A stretch of 64,000 bases of DNA, from the NCBI GenBank assembly GCA_036172245.1, contig JAYWIR010000001.1, forward strand, positions 9,982,001 to 10,046,000, given 5' to 3'. Positions 13,600 through 24,996 of this stretch are shown piece after piece. Origin of the DNA: Raillietiella orientalis. Lineage: Eukaryota. Each line of letters starts with the position of its first letter. The stretch's first letter is position 1. The position numbers and the translations under genes were made by a program. The notes under the pieces are model-generated. The model did not search any database. It was not told the origin of the DNA and saw nothing but the letters and a program-made list of their open reading frames with translations.

Positions 13600-14250
13600 T
13601 GGCTTTCCAGGAACGAGACGGTCCTGAGGCGGCGACGACCACTGATATGCATCCTTACCGGCTTCCAGTCCTACTTTCTTTGGATGAAAAGTCTACATTA
13701 CTTTTGAAAGATGCAGAGTTCCTTTTTTGGAGGGAGCTCGTGTACAAAGTGGACGGAAACGAGACTGATAGTGCCGATTCACGGTATCCCTAGCACCATT
13801 CGCGAGTCGAATGTTCCAGGATGCTGGATCTCTTTTGACGGGACATCACTCGTGGTCGTGGGATGTTCTCGTCCATTGATCCTGAGGGAGCAACAGATGC
13901 AATACTTGAGATCTCTTCGAAGAAGCTGGAATGAGGGTTCCGCTAATCCCACGGCGGCTTCTCCGTTTTCAGGGGACCACGGAGGGCAAACAGGAGCGGC
14001 GCGGGTTGTGGAGGTTCTCACTTTTCGAGGAGGTTCACTAGTAGGTGGGGGGGTCAAATTCTTCAGAGCGATCTTCCCTAGCTGCATCCTCGTACCAACT
14101 AAGGTTGTCATCTTCCACGGCCTGTTCCTCGGCTCGCGGTTCAATCTGTTGGCTCCGCTGCAAGATGTTTTGAAACATAGTGAGGGAACGGGGCTGCTAA
14201 CCTGCATGTGCAGGTGGCACAAGTGGAGCACTGGGAGGGGGTTGGGGTAA
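13600..14250 (-). mobile_element. Degenerate pre-RT/RT-start fragment of an RLE-type retroelement
   Basis: Frameshifted minus-strand peptides PSFQLLRRDLKYCI...DVPSKEIQH and TFHPKKV...SSPPQDRL weakly resemble the -1 and 0 motifs (IQxLYRRN.., PFTxxEV..SAPGPD) of R2-group RTs. GC content drops relative to the collagen gene. Confidence 0.35.
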
Positions 14251-14319
14251 GGGCTAGCTGGGCGGAGAAGGTAGAGGTTTGTCAGGGGGCGAAACGCCTC
14301 CAGAGCCTTGGTGGAAGGT

Positions 14320-15729
14320 TGGTATTCGATGTGTTTCGCGCAGATGTCTGGATGGTCTTCTGACGGTCGTGATCATCCTGTCCCTAAGGGATTTCGCATG
14401 CGGCTCGCGCATGTCAAGTCTGGTAAGGATTTCATCGTTCCTCGGATCCTAGGCTCCCAGTATGCCGATGATGAATGCATCCACGTAGGCCGTCCTGCCG
14501 GATTTGTGGAAATACGGGGCAATCTGAGCATGCTCTTTGACTGCTTCTGCCCGCGCAACCCTGAGGGAGTCTCGACGGTTCTCTAAAGGGATGGCAACAT
14601 CGATAAAGGCAACCTGGGAGTCGTCATAGACAAGGTCGGGTCGGAGAGAGGAGTTTGAATCGTCCACTTGGTCGGTTTGCAGTCTGGGCCAGTAAACGCG
14701 CGAGGCTTCGGCCAGTTCCTTAAGAACCACGTTGTAGCGCTCAGCTGTGGAACTGCCAAGGTGGTATCGGCAGTGGGCTAGTACGTGACAGTAAGATTCC
14801 TCGGGCCAGGTGCATCTTCTGCATCTCTCTCCATGTTTTTTCATGCTGAGGATCAGTAAGTTGAGCCGCACGCGGTGGATGAATCTCCAATCTGAAAAAC
14901 GGAGAAACTCGCATCCCTGCAGAAAGCTGTTGAAGGCAGGATGCAGGGAGGCACAGTCCATGATTCGACCCTGATCAGACTTGCTTAGCAGAGTAGATGT
15001 TCTGCCCATCCTCTGCATCGAGCGGATCGTTCTAGCCACTTGCTGACACAGGCAGCAGGTGATCCGTTTGCCAGGAATTAAAATGACAAGGGTGTCATTC
15101 TGGACAGACCAGGACATCGGGAGCCTTCTAAAGGCTTGCTGCACTACTGACCAGATACTATCCTTGGGTCGCCAGAGGGGGCATTAAAAGGGAGCAAAAC
15201 AGTCACCATTCAGGAAGCGAGCAATAATAATGTTTGTTGGGGGAGAGCGGGATTTGCGCCTCACCACTTCACCCAATGAATTGCGCACGAGTTCTTGCAC
15301 CATTGGGTCAAGAACTTGAAAGCAGAGTCCACGTACATGATGGAGCTCTCTTCCCGGAGGATGGTACATCCCATGCCTCCAACAGGAGCAGCTATTATAG
15401 AGGTACTCCAAGAAAGCGGCTTGAGGGAGGGCTTGCCCTATATCGAGATATAGGATTTCAGTGCTTTTCTTAATGATGTTGTCCAGCCGCTTCCAAAAAC
15501 TGAGGGGTTTGAGCTGCGACCGAAGAGAGTGAGTCAGTGAGAAAAAAAAGAAGACCCCGAGAGCATCTAATTTTTGCCAAGAAGTCAGGGCACAGTCAAG
15601 AATCCGTTCCAAGTTCTGAAGAATTTCCTCTTCTCCAGCATCCGATCTCAGGGCGCCGAACCCTACTGGTTCGCCCAGATACTCGTGCACTTCATTGTCC
15701 TGGAGTGGGGGCTTGTATGGGGGCTTCCC
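14320..15729 (-). mobile_element. 5'-truncated, frameshifted non-LTR retrotransposon of the RLE (restriction-like endonuclease) type, Utopia/NeSL-like
   Basis: ORF 15184-15690 gives YLGEPVGF...LTSWQKLDAL (end of RT/thumb). ORF 14449-15144 gives RFSDWRFIHRVRLNLL, the CCHC finger CRRC...ESYCHVLAHC, then RPDLV...FIDVAIPLEN...VDAFIIGILGA, the PD..D endonuclease signature of R2-group elements. The U2 snRNA fragment at the 5' junction fits Utopia. Confidence 0.88.
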
Positions 15730-15755
15730 CTACACTTTGATCTTAGCCAAAAGGC
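15730..15755 (-). ncRNA. 26-nt U2 snRNA 5' fragment (not a complete gene); Utopia target-site remnant
   Basis: Minus strand reads GCCTTTTGGCTAAGATCAAAGTGTAG, matching the conserved 5' region of U2 snRNA up to the branch-point recognition GTGTAG. It directly abuts the retroelement. The rest of U2 is not seen. Confidence 0.85.
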
Positions 15756-15759
15756 AGGT

Positions 15760-17700
15760 GCCGCTGCCTCACCCTTCTGCTGGGCTCCGCTACCCTCTCC
15801 TTACGGAAAGCAACAGCTGTCGTCTCCCTAAGAAGCTCCTGAGGAGATGGTCACGGGAGGCAGAATTTCAGGAAGCGGAAGCCGAGCAGCCTCGACCCTT
15901 TTCTTCGATCCCGGGAGGAATCTTGGGACCAATCTTGGTTTCAGGACGAATCACCCCACAACCCTTCGAACCTTACTGCTTCCGGCTTGGGCTGCGCTCC
16001 CTAAATTTGAGGACGGTGCTCTCGGCGATTGGAAACATCCGGAATGACAATCGTCGAACCAGTCGTAGGGAAGCTGCACGAAGATGGCAGTCCCGGTGCT
16101 AATGACCAAGTTGCACTTTGCCCGTGAACTCTAGGGAGAATGGAACGCCGGACCCTTGATAAAGCGTATGCTTGGGTGCGATCCCTCTCTCGACCCAGTC
16201 ATCTTGCATCAGCTTCCCACAGTCACCGACAGCGGTGCATCCAGGGAACCATCGTGAAGACGTGGAAGAACATCGCCAAGTGAACGGCCGTCTCCATGTG
16301 GCTGGATGCAGATTCACTTTCGCGTGTCACTCGGTGGGAGGTGATTTCAAAGCAGCGGCATCTTCTGCTCTGCACCTCAACAGCTCATCCCTCACCATCC
16401 GTTCCCACCGCCGGAGGACCTCGCGCTGCTTCCTGTCAGCATGTGCCTTATCATCCTGACCCTCTACCGTCACCCACCGCTCCATCATTCAACATCTTCA
16501 AAGACTGCATCTCTGCCTTGTTTCTGCGACGCTCTCTCGCTGAAGTGCACTTTGCTTCTGTACCATCTACCTGAGTGACCCACCCACTCAGCCAATAAGA
16601 AGAGGCAGGCAAATACATCGTCCTAATAAATAATGGCGATCGTCCCCTTGTTAATGAATTCAACGTGGCCACGTCATTGCTCTGCCGCTTGATCCCTCAT
16701 TCGTTTCCAAATGGTGGGACCCACAGGAAGACGATGACGGAGGGCCCGAGTGCTTCTGCCCAGCTCTGGCGATCCTGACCAAGTTTTGCGTCCTCAGGGA
16801 GAACTAAGGAGGGGGGGGTCACGACTTTCTCAGGGCGTACCTTGCAGCACCTCTTCCCCCACGAACAGACGGGAGACCCGCACTCGATTCTCTCCTTCCT
16901 GCCTAGAAGTTCCAAAGGCAGATAGGAGTTTGACCTGTTCTTGCTTCCTCGAGAAGAGGAAGGGAAGGTCTATTCTTCGCCTTCAGCACTGCCCAAGCGG
17001 CGACCGCGTGGCGCCGGTCATAAGCGCCTGGGAGGGCTAATGGGATCATCCGGGAAAAGTGGTTCTGTAGTGCGCGACGACACACGGAATGCCTCCCTTT
17101 GCGGGTCACGCGGAGATCACGTGGGTGGCATGGATTTCTCCGACCACAGGGAGAAGCACATCTCGGGAGACTGCCAAACATCCCCAACGTGCCCAATGGG
17201 AGATTCCCTCCTTCCGAAGCAGGCTGCCACAGGCCGACGGGCCATTGGTCATGGGACCCCTCAGAACAAGGAAGGACGTGGCAGTCGATCAGACCTTACA
17301 TGAACATCGTTGAGAGCAGCGGATGCAGCTGCAGGAACGAAGGGTGCAGGAAAACGAAGAGGCGGTAATAGTGGCGCTCCCTCCGCCTTGCTGACTTTCC
17401 CTTGAGCTTCTGGACGAACCACCTGACCGCATCGGGCAGGAGGCGATGCTCCATTTCCGTTTGCTTTCTGGTTGGCTGTCTGATTCAGGAGGGGCGGGGC
17501 AGCCAACTGCCCGCGAAGGTTTCGAGACGCGAAGGTTTCTATAGCAGCTCGGGAAGAGTTCAAAGGGTCGCCGCGCACCACGGCATCAGGATGGTAGGTG
17601 GGAGGAAAGGCACCGATTCCTCGCAGCGCGTTGGAGGCCGGAGGACGGTCCGTGCGACAGCAGACGAACATACTGCTCGTGACCAGTGCCCTCTAGGCTT
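15760..17700 (-). mobile_element. Possible degenerate N-terminal region of an RLE-type retroelement
   Basis: Broken minus-strand reading frames with Cys/His-containing fragments (e.g. WFPGCTAVGDCGK). Composition is similar to the adjacent element. No decisive motif. Confidence 0.25.
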
Positions 17701-18399
17701 TTTTAGAGTGCACCGGCCACGAACTAGGTAAACAGCAGTGAGTGCCATCTACTAAACTCTCAGAGAACCAAAGGGTGGAGAAGTGAGTCGAAACCTACCT
17801 TTCGCTTAATCTGCAAGGAAGGTGACGAGGTCATCGGAGAGTGGCGGTCAGCCACTCTCCGAGGGATCGTACTCCGATTGCTCCGAGGCAATCAATGGCG
17901 GTCAGCCATTGATTGCCTTTCATCTCAAATAGGAAAACGGTGTGCTGGTTGGTCCTTCCACGAAAAAAGGGAGAGGACAGAGGCGGTAAGAAAAGAGGAG
18001 ATGGAGGACCGTATCAGAAACCAATCCATCACGGAACATGTCCTGAGGCCACTTCTGAGACCGACGACTGCTCTTTCTGAGATCCCGCACTTCCATGCCA
18101 ACCGACAAACCAATGGGAACCAATAAATAGTTTTCTATGAAGGAGGATAGATGGCAGACCTGCCGAGTGCGCTCGCTTGCTCGCATGCCTGGTATACCAG
18201 CGCCTCTTGTTTTGCCGTGACTTCCCCTGACTCAGCAAGCGAGAAGGGTCTGGTGGGCGTCCAGACCCTGCTTTTCGTCCGACCAGGTATTCTGTGCCTA
18301 TGGCAATCCCACTCGAGCTCCACGAGCGTGTCACTCCCGGAGCCCCTCGATTCCTCGATATGGTGATCTCTTAGTCACCAGAAATGGACATGTTCTCCC

Positions 18400-18800
18400 T
18401 CTTCCACCAGGCAGCATCACCAGCCAGAGACCATCGCTAAGGGCTTTTGCGCCTCATTTCCAAATTTTCGCTTGGTCCCGAAAAAAAATTCGGACTCCCC
18501 TACGATCCGAGGGACGACTGCCTATGAATGACGAGATCAGGAAAACCAGGGACGAAAAGCGGGGTCACAAAGAAGCTGGAATCCTTACGATGGGACATGA
18601 TCTACGTGGACCTAGCAAAAGAATGATCTCCTGCTTCCAGGGGCCATCCTTCCTCCACCACTTTCCTTCCCCCGTAGTCCCATCGACCAGAGATGAGGAA
18701 GGCCTTAACATCCTGGGAAATATCTCCCATTTCGGAGGGGTCTCCAGTCACCTTTCCCCAAGGACAACTCTAGGAACACATCTAATCTGGGTGAAAAATC
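18400..18800 (-). mobile_element. Highly degenerate L1/Tx1-like post-RT fragment
   Basis: Frameshifted minus-strand pieces resemble IKYLGV.LG (IRCVPRVVLG) and FLWG.KR...P...GGLG, as seen in the better-preserved copies at 25.9-26.1 kb and 30.4-30.7 kb. Confidence 0.3.
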
Positions 18801-18999
18801 CTGGCTCAAAGAGAAGGAGTCCGACTCGGGGGTCACCGAAAGGTACTCCAGTGTCCTAGTCAGTAGGCTAACCTAGAAATCCCTCAGTAGGGAACATTCC
18901 ATCACCATCCCCAAAGAGCCGGTAACTCCCTAGCTTTTCGACGCGGTATCCTGATCGCCTCTTTCTCGAGTGCACGCAGGAAAACATCGCCATCCCAAA

Positions 19000-19750
19000 C
19001 ACAACAGTCGCGGAAGACTCCCTGCACAGAGCTTCACACATGGCTCCTCGCTTCCTTCAAACCTTCCATCCGAAGACAAAACAGCTCTAAGACTTCATGG
19101 TCTCCAACTTCGCAGTCTGAAATTTTAGTCTGCAAACATCTCTCAGATTCACCTGCAGAAATGTTCTTTAGAGTTTGATGACCGCGATCTTCACACTCGA
19201 GAGCTGACACTGCAAAACTTCAAAGCTTCATAGACCAAGGTTCTCTGGGTCGGAACCTTTACATAGAAAACCTCTACGATGGAAAGCTCTACATAGGATA
19301 ACTTCAAGGTCAAGAATTCCACCACGAGGAGGTCCACGCTGAAAAACTTCACACAGGAGGACTTCGCGGTCAAGAGTTCCACCGAGAGGAGGGGTTTCCA
19401 GAGTTTCACAGTTTTCACAGTGTTTTCTCCAGGGGTTTCACACTTCCACGCGGGGGGGTGGTTTCCCACTCTAGAGTGTCGTGGTTGACCACTGCGCACT
19501 GCGTAGGTTCGCAAACCTCACAATTGAGGGTTCACACCAAGGAACTTCACATTCGCCAACTTCATTCTCGGCGCTTTGCAATCGATCGCTGCGGAGTTTT
19601 CCACTGCGGAAATTCGAGTCAGTGGAAGTTTTCCCACGGGGGGCCTTCACGGCGAGGACGTCAATCCAGGGTGGGTGCCTCCCAGCTTCCCAGGCACTCT
19701 GAGAACTTCAGGCTTGCCCGGGTGAGAGTTTCGCTGGGGCGGAAGCTTCG
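19000..19750. repeat. Degenerate 15-bp-period tandem array
   Basis: Recurring units such as GAAAACCTCTACGAT, GGAAAGCTCTACATA, GGATAACTTCAAGGT, CAAGAATTCCACCAC, GAAAAACTTCACACA and GGAGGACTTCGCGGT. The minus ORF 19191-19514 shows a period-5 peptide: VELLT AKSSC VKFFS VDLLV VEFLT LKLSY VELSI VEVFY. Confidence 0.65.
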
Positions 19751-19949
19751 ATTTGGGAATCCTACATACGGGGATCGCGCAGTTTGAGGGCTGACTACTG
19801 GGAACGCGGCGTTTGTAGCGGATCGCCCGAGGGCACGGACGCTCACTCTGTCGCACAAGCTCGGGGGCTCCATCGCGCAGGGCGCTGAGCCCAAAGGCCC
19901 CTCCTTGGAAGCAACAACACTGGCGCGCGGGGGCGCGGGGCCGCCGCTT

Positions 19950-20700
19950 TTCTGACGGTGGCGTCATTCCTGGGTCTGGAGGGAAGCCGATCCTGCGCGC
20001 TGCTCATCGCCATTCGCGCAAAAAGCCGACGTTGGCTCCCTTCTATTGCGAGGGCGACACATTGGTGTCCAAGAGAGCGCCATGTCCGAGAGGGGGCCCC
20101 ATCCGCTGCGAGGGACGGCGGCCGCTCGACAGGGGCTGCACTGCCCGCACTGGTGCGTGCCGCCGCCGCAAGATGGAAGCTCCATGATCCGACCCCAAAG
20201 GGAATCCAATCTGCACCTCTTTTAGAGGTCGCAGACGCTGGAGGTCGGTCGGCCACCCCTGACCGTTGCGAGTGACGAGGGAACTGTCCCGCGAGAATCT
20301 CGCCGCCTCCTGGGAGTGCGGCGCGGATCCCGGAGTGGGGGGACCGAGGAAGAGGACGGGAAAGGGGTTCCTCCGGAGTCCCGGAGCCCCAAGAGGAGCA
20401 CTTTGGCCACTCCCCATGCGTGATCTCCGGGCGCACGTGCTAACTGCCCCTACCTCCCTCTCGGATCCGATGGAGGTCGTCGTCTCCTTCTTGGAGTGTC
20501 TGTGTCATGGGGGCCACATGGGGTAGCCGGAATCAGTCCCTCAATCTACGCCCTGCTCCGGGGTGATCACAGATGGTCCAGAGATTGTGAAATGGTAGAG
20601 GGGAGACCCCCGTCGATCCGTGGTCTCCTGCGGAGAAATCGCTAGGAGCGAGGAGAGCCAACGCCCTCTTGGGGTCAACCGTAGGGCGTTCACGGGGGGC
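19950..20700 (-). mobile_element. Degenerate APE-type endonuclease relic of an L1/Tx1-like element
   Basis: Minus strand gives VNALR...LLAISPQET (NVxGLR...LQET motif), SIGSEREVGAV (GVA motif), EILAGQF (GDFN-like) and TWRS, in the expected order but broken by frameshifts. Confidence 0.45.
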
Positions 20701-23700
20701 TAGAGCGAACCGTTCCCGGAAACCTTATCCGAGGAAGGGGATAAGAGGATCTGAGACCCGGCTGACGCCACGTGAGGTGTAAGGACTGGGGGCAGAGGAC
20801 CACCGTTGTCAGAGTGACCGGGGAAGGTCCACCAGATCAGCCCAGGACCCTATCAGTACTCAGGGGTGGCAGAAGGCAGAAGCTTCCCTGACGGGAAAGA
20901 ATGGGGGGAGGCGGGGATCCCTTTCCAAGCCTCCAGGACTCCAAGCGCCTCCCCGCCTTCTCCGTATCCCGGTGTGATGGCCTCCGGCCGCCGCCGCGGC
21001 CGTCCTGGCCCCGTGAAGCCTCCAGGGAAGGAGGTAGTGGAGGAAGGAGGCCGTCGTCCTTGGCAATAGGAAAGACCGGGCATCCCACAGCTGCGCCCGT
21101 GGCGATTGGGTGTGGGAAAGGAGAAGGGAAATCAAAAAACGGCGCTCCCGGGTCCCCTCCGGAGGTGGCCGGGTGTGGAAAGCTGCTGTGACTTGGGGTC
21201 AGCGCAGGATCAGGGCAGGATCATTGCGGGTTTGTAGCCGTCCTCTTCCCTGGGTGGTCGGACCTACAGTCGGAGGCGAGGTCACCCCGAGGGACACCTA
21301 GCTTCCGTCAGTAGATTTTCCCGGGGATGGGGGAATCCTGCCCCATGACCTCCCAGCGGGGCCGTCCGACTCCTCCGTCGGACAGCTTTGCGCGCGCCAC
21401 CGCAGGCGGACCTGACGGACCTGAAATTCGCTTCCAGAGTCCCCATCTCCCCACCTACCCCTTCGGCCCGTAGGGAAGGGTTGCATCGTGCGGCAGCCAC
21501 CTGACCTCTCTGCGCGGCGCCCAGCTGCTGGGGGCGGGCGGGAAGAACGGCTCCTGCGCATGCGGCAGAGGTCGCCCTCCCTCCCTCTCTCTGGCGGTCG
21601 CGCGACCCCGGAAAGTCCTCGCCCCCGCACTTTTCCGGAAGGCGACCCGAAATCCCTGGGAAGGGATTTTCTCTCCCTTCCCGCGTGCTGCTTCACCCGT
21701 TCGCCCTCTTGACCTCCGACCTTGACCCTTCCATCTGGAAACCCACGTATTCTGAGGCCTTCACCGGGAGCTTTCCTGCCGGCGGCCGCAGCTCCTCCAC
21801 CCCGCATGCTTAGGACGGCGACCACTAAGAGGTCCAGGGCGCAGTATCACCGCGACCACCTTCCCTTCGGCAGGAAGAGAGGGCGAGGAATCCTGCATGG
21901 GGAAGGGGCCGAGTCTCGGAAGATCCGGGGAGTCCCGGAAAGCTCATAGAGAGCGGGACGGAGAAGAAGGAGGAGGGGAAGGGGTCACGAGGTTTACGCA
22001 GGCAGCGGGTCTCCTCAGAGGAAGAGGCCCGAACGAAAGGGGACTAGTCGTGTCCAGCTGTGGCCCCTTGGGAGGGCGATCGCCCGCAAGTTTCCTCAAG
22101 AAGGGAGGGGGAAGCAGCGGGAATTTTGCGGGCGGGAAGCGGCGATCGAGCGTTCCTCCAGGAGCCTCGGAGGCGTCAGGGTACGGACCCCCGGTCCGGT
22201 GACAGTGTGGCCTGAGGGTTCCTCTTGCTGTCCGGACTTGTGGGGGAACCAGCGGGAACGGAGAGGTGAGGAAGGGAGCTACCCGCGATCTCCCACGAGC
22301 TCCAGGAAGGACTGAATGAACTCCCAAGTTCGGAAAGGGGTGCTGGGGCACGCCCGCGTCACGAAGCTGGCGATAGCACCTCCGCGTCCCTCCGAGATAC
22401 ACTCGATGAGGAGGCTAGGGCCCGCATCGGTGGGTTGCGCCATCGTCGGCGCAGCAGCGGACAATGCGCATCGCCGCCGGGAAAATAACGCGACCGTGTC
22501 CCTGTGCCTCCTCCGCCACAAGCGGCTCCTCCTCCTGTCGCAGTACACTACGGTGTGCTGTACTCTCTTTCCCTCCCTCCCCCCGTCATAGGCCCCATCT
22601 TCCTCTCCCGAAGAGTCTCCGGATGATCCCACCCGTCCTGCGTCAGTTTCTGGAAGGCAGCGGTGGCCTCCTCTCGAGATAATGGGCGTAGGGACGAAAT
22701 TCTCCCCGAACTACGGTGGCAAACCGGGGAACTGCCTATTTCTCCGAACGCATGATGATGATAAGGAGTGAGAATAAGGGAGGAGGAAGAGGAAGGCAGA
22801 GGATGAGGAAGGAGAGAGGAAAAAGAGGAGGAAGAAGAACTGGGGCAAGGTCGGGGAAGAGTATGAGCTAAAGGACTGAAGGAGGAGCCGCTTGTGGCGG
22901 ATCGAAAGCGATTTGGACACTGGCACCGGCTCTCGACCCGATCGGCCGTCTTCCGGCGCTGCAAGCGAGCGCCAGCAACATCATGGAGGAAGTGAAAGCG
23001 GCGGATGACGTGCTCCCGTCGGCACCGCGCTGCCACTCCCGTGGTGCCCACTGCTGGCTCCGCTGTCCCGGCAACCGACTCTGCGAGTTTCCGCTTCCTC
23101 CGCCTCCGCCTCCACCCCCAACTTTCACTTACGTTATGAAACTTTGACGCTCTGGGGCGCTGGTTGGCTCGAGAACCTCCCCTCCCTCTCTTCCCGCGGG
23201 AATCGATGCGCGTTCCTAGCGCTGTCTTCGATTGGGAGGCTCTTCTCCCCTGCTCTCGGGAAGAGAGAGCCTCGAGGGCTTGCGGTCCACAGGGGATGCT
23301 GGGAGAGGACTGCTGACTGCTCTTCCACTCCGAGAGCGCCGCCCGTACTCCTAGCCCGAGGACGGACCGCACGCACCTGAGCAGAGCGCGTCGGTCGCTC
23401 GGGGTGCCTCGCGCCGTGACTCTCCCGCATGAGCGCTCCACGTCGCTTCCGGGCAAGAGCGCCCTCTGGTCCTCCTTCTCCAGGCGCCTAGCTGCCCGAC
23501 TCCGCGCAGGTCAGCATGCATGCGGGTACCCCCGTCGTACTCCCAATGTTCGCTACCCCCCTCGGCTGGGTGCCCCTTACGACCCACCTCTGCAATCCCC
23601 TGTCGACGGAGGGTAACGGGGCCCACAATGTCAGGCCAGTTCTGTAGGTCACCCCTCGTCTCTGACAGCAAATGAGCCCAGAGGGAGTCCCGATGAACCT

Positions 23701-24996
23701 GCGGGAGGTGGACTCGCGGCCCCATTCCAGCGCCCCCATCTTCACGCTCCCATCCGTACGGCACCTGTCAGTAGAACGAGGCGTCCGCAACCCCGAAGGA
23801 ACGAGCAGCACTTCGCGCCCCCAAGCTTCGACCCGCACCTCAGGGCATGGATCGCCAAGCGCGCCGCCCACCGAGTGGAGTGGAGGATCTCGGCTCGGAG
23901 CAGTTAGCATCGCCGCGTCTGGGAAACCCTCTCGTGAGAAGAGCGGGAGTTGCGGGTCCCCTTGGACAGCCGGGCGCAAACGCGCCCCGGTGGGCAGTGT
24001 CGATCCTGTAAGGAATCTCCGCTTGAAGAGGTTTCCATGGGGAAGGAGGGAATTGGGAGTGGATGACCTCGACGCAGTCGACCGTGGGAGGCATCTTCCT
24101 TGTCCGAAATCCAGGGCCTCCTCCCTCTCACGCGCGCGCCAGATTCAGTGTGAGTATCGGGGTGTGCGCGCACTGCAGATCGCGACCCCGTTGCGCAATC
24201 CACTGCCTAATGGACACCGCGGATCGCCCAACAGCACTGCGCGCACGAGCAGGCTCGGCTGAAGGTGTGCCCGGTGCCTTGGTGCAGCGGGCGCGACGGC
24301 AGAAATGAGCATCACGTGACCTCGTTCCGGTACAATCTTGAGCGGAGGTCGGATTGCCTTGCGGAGCATCAGCCATTCTTGAGCTGGAGAAACCGGCTCC
24401 TTCTTTGGGATCCGTCCCTCGGGAGACCTAGAACGGATGGTTTAGAGGCTGGTAATGAGGATTCTCAGTCTCGCAGCAGACAGCTCGCCCACACGCAGCA
24501 GTCACCACAGAGCGCTCCCGCATCGTTACTGCGTCACGAGGATGGCCGGCGAATTGAGCCGCAGGACACGCGACCTCTGGGAACATCGAGCGACCAACAA
24601 GTTACCTGACCACCAAAGCGGGCATCTGTGAGGAAATGAAGATGAGAACCTTTCGAGAAGGCCAACTGGACCCGCTGACCAAGGTCGCCAACCTCTAGGG
24701 GATCCGAAAGGTGAACCCCGTTAGCTGTTGACGCGACTACGTGGAAGACAGATTTACCACCGAACGCTGAGGATGACCTCCTGGTGCCTTACCATGGAGG
24801 CATCCTGGGTGGCTCCAGACTGAAATACTGGACTGGCAAGTTCTGTGGAGTCTTATGGAGACAGAAACTTTCAAGGCCCGTGGAGACAGGTTAAACCCGG
24901 CTCCACGTTTTCACCTGCCCGACTCTGTGCCAGGATTGAACGACGCCGAAGGCGGTGACCGGCCTGCAGGCGAGCGCGAAGACGGAGGCCTCGACG

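Noticed and set aside
13885-13900. Downstream half of the U2 target (CATCTGTTG on the minus strand)
   Set aside because: The match is too short and mismatched, and it does not lie at the element's 3' end.
15730-15755. Functional U2 snRNA gene
   Set aside because: Only 26 nt match. There is no Sm site or 3' stem-loops.
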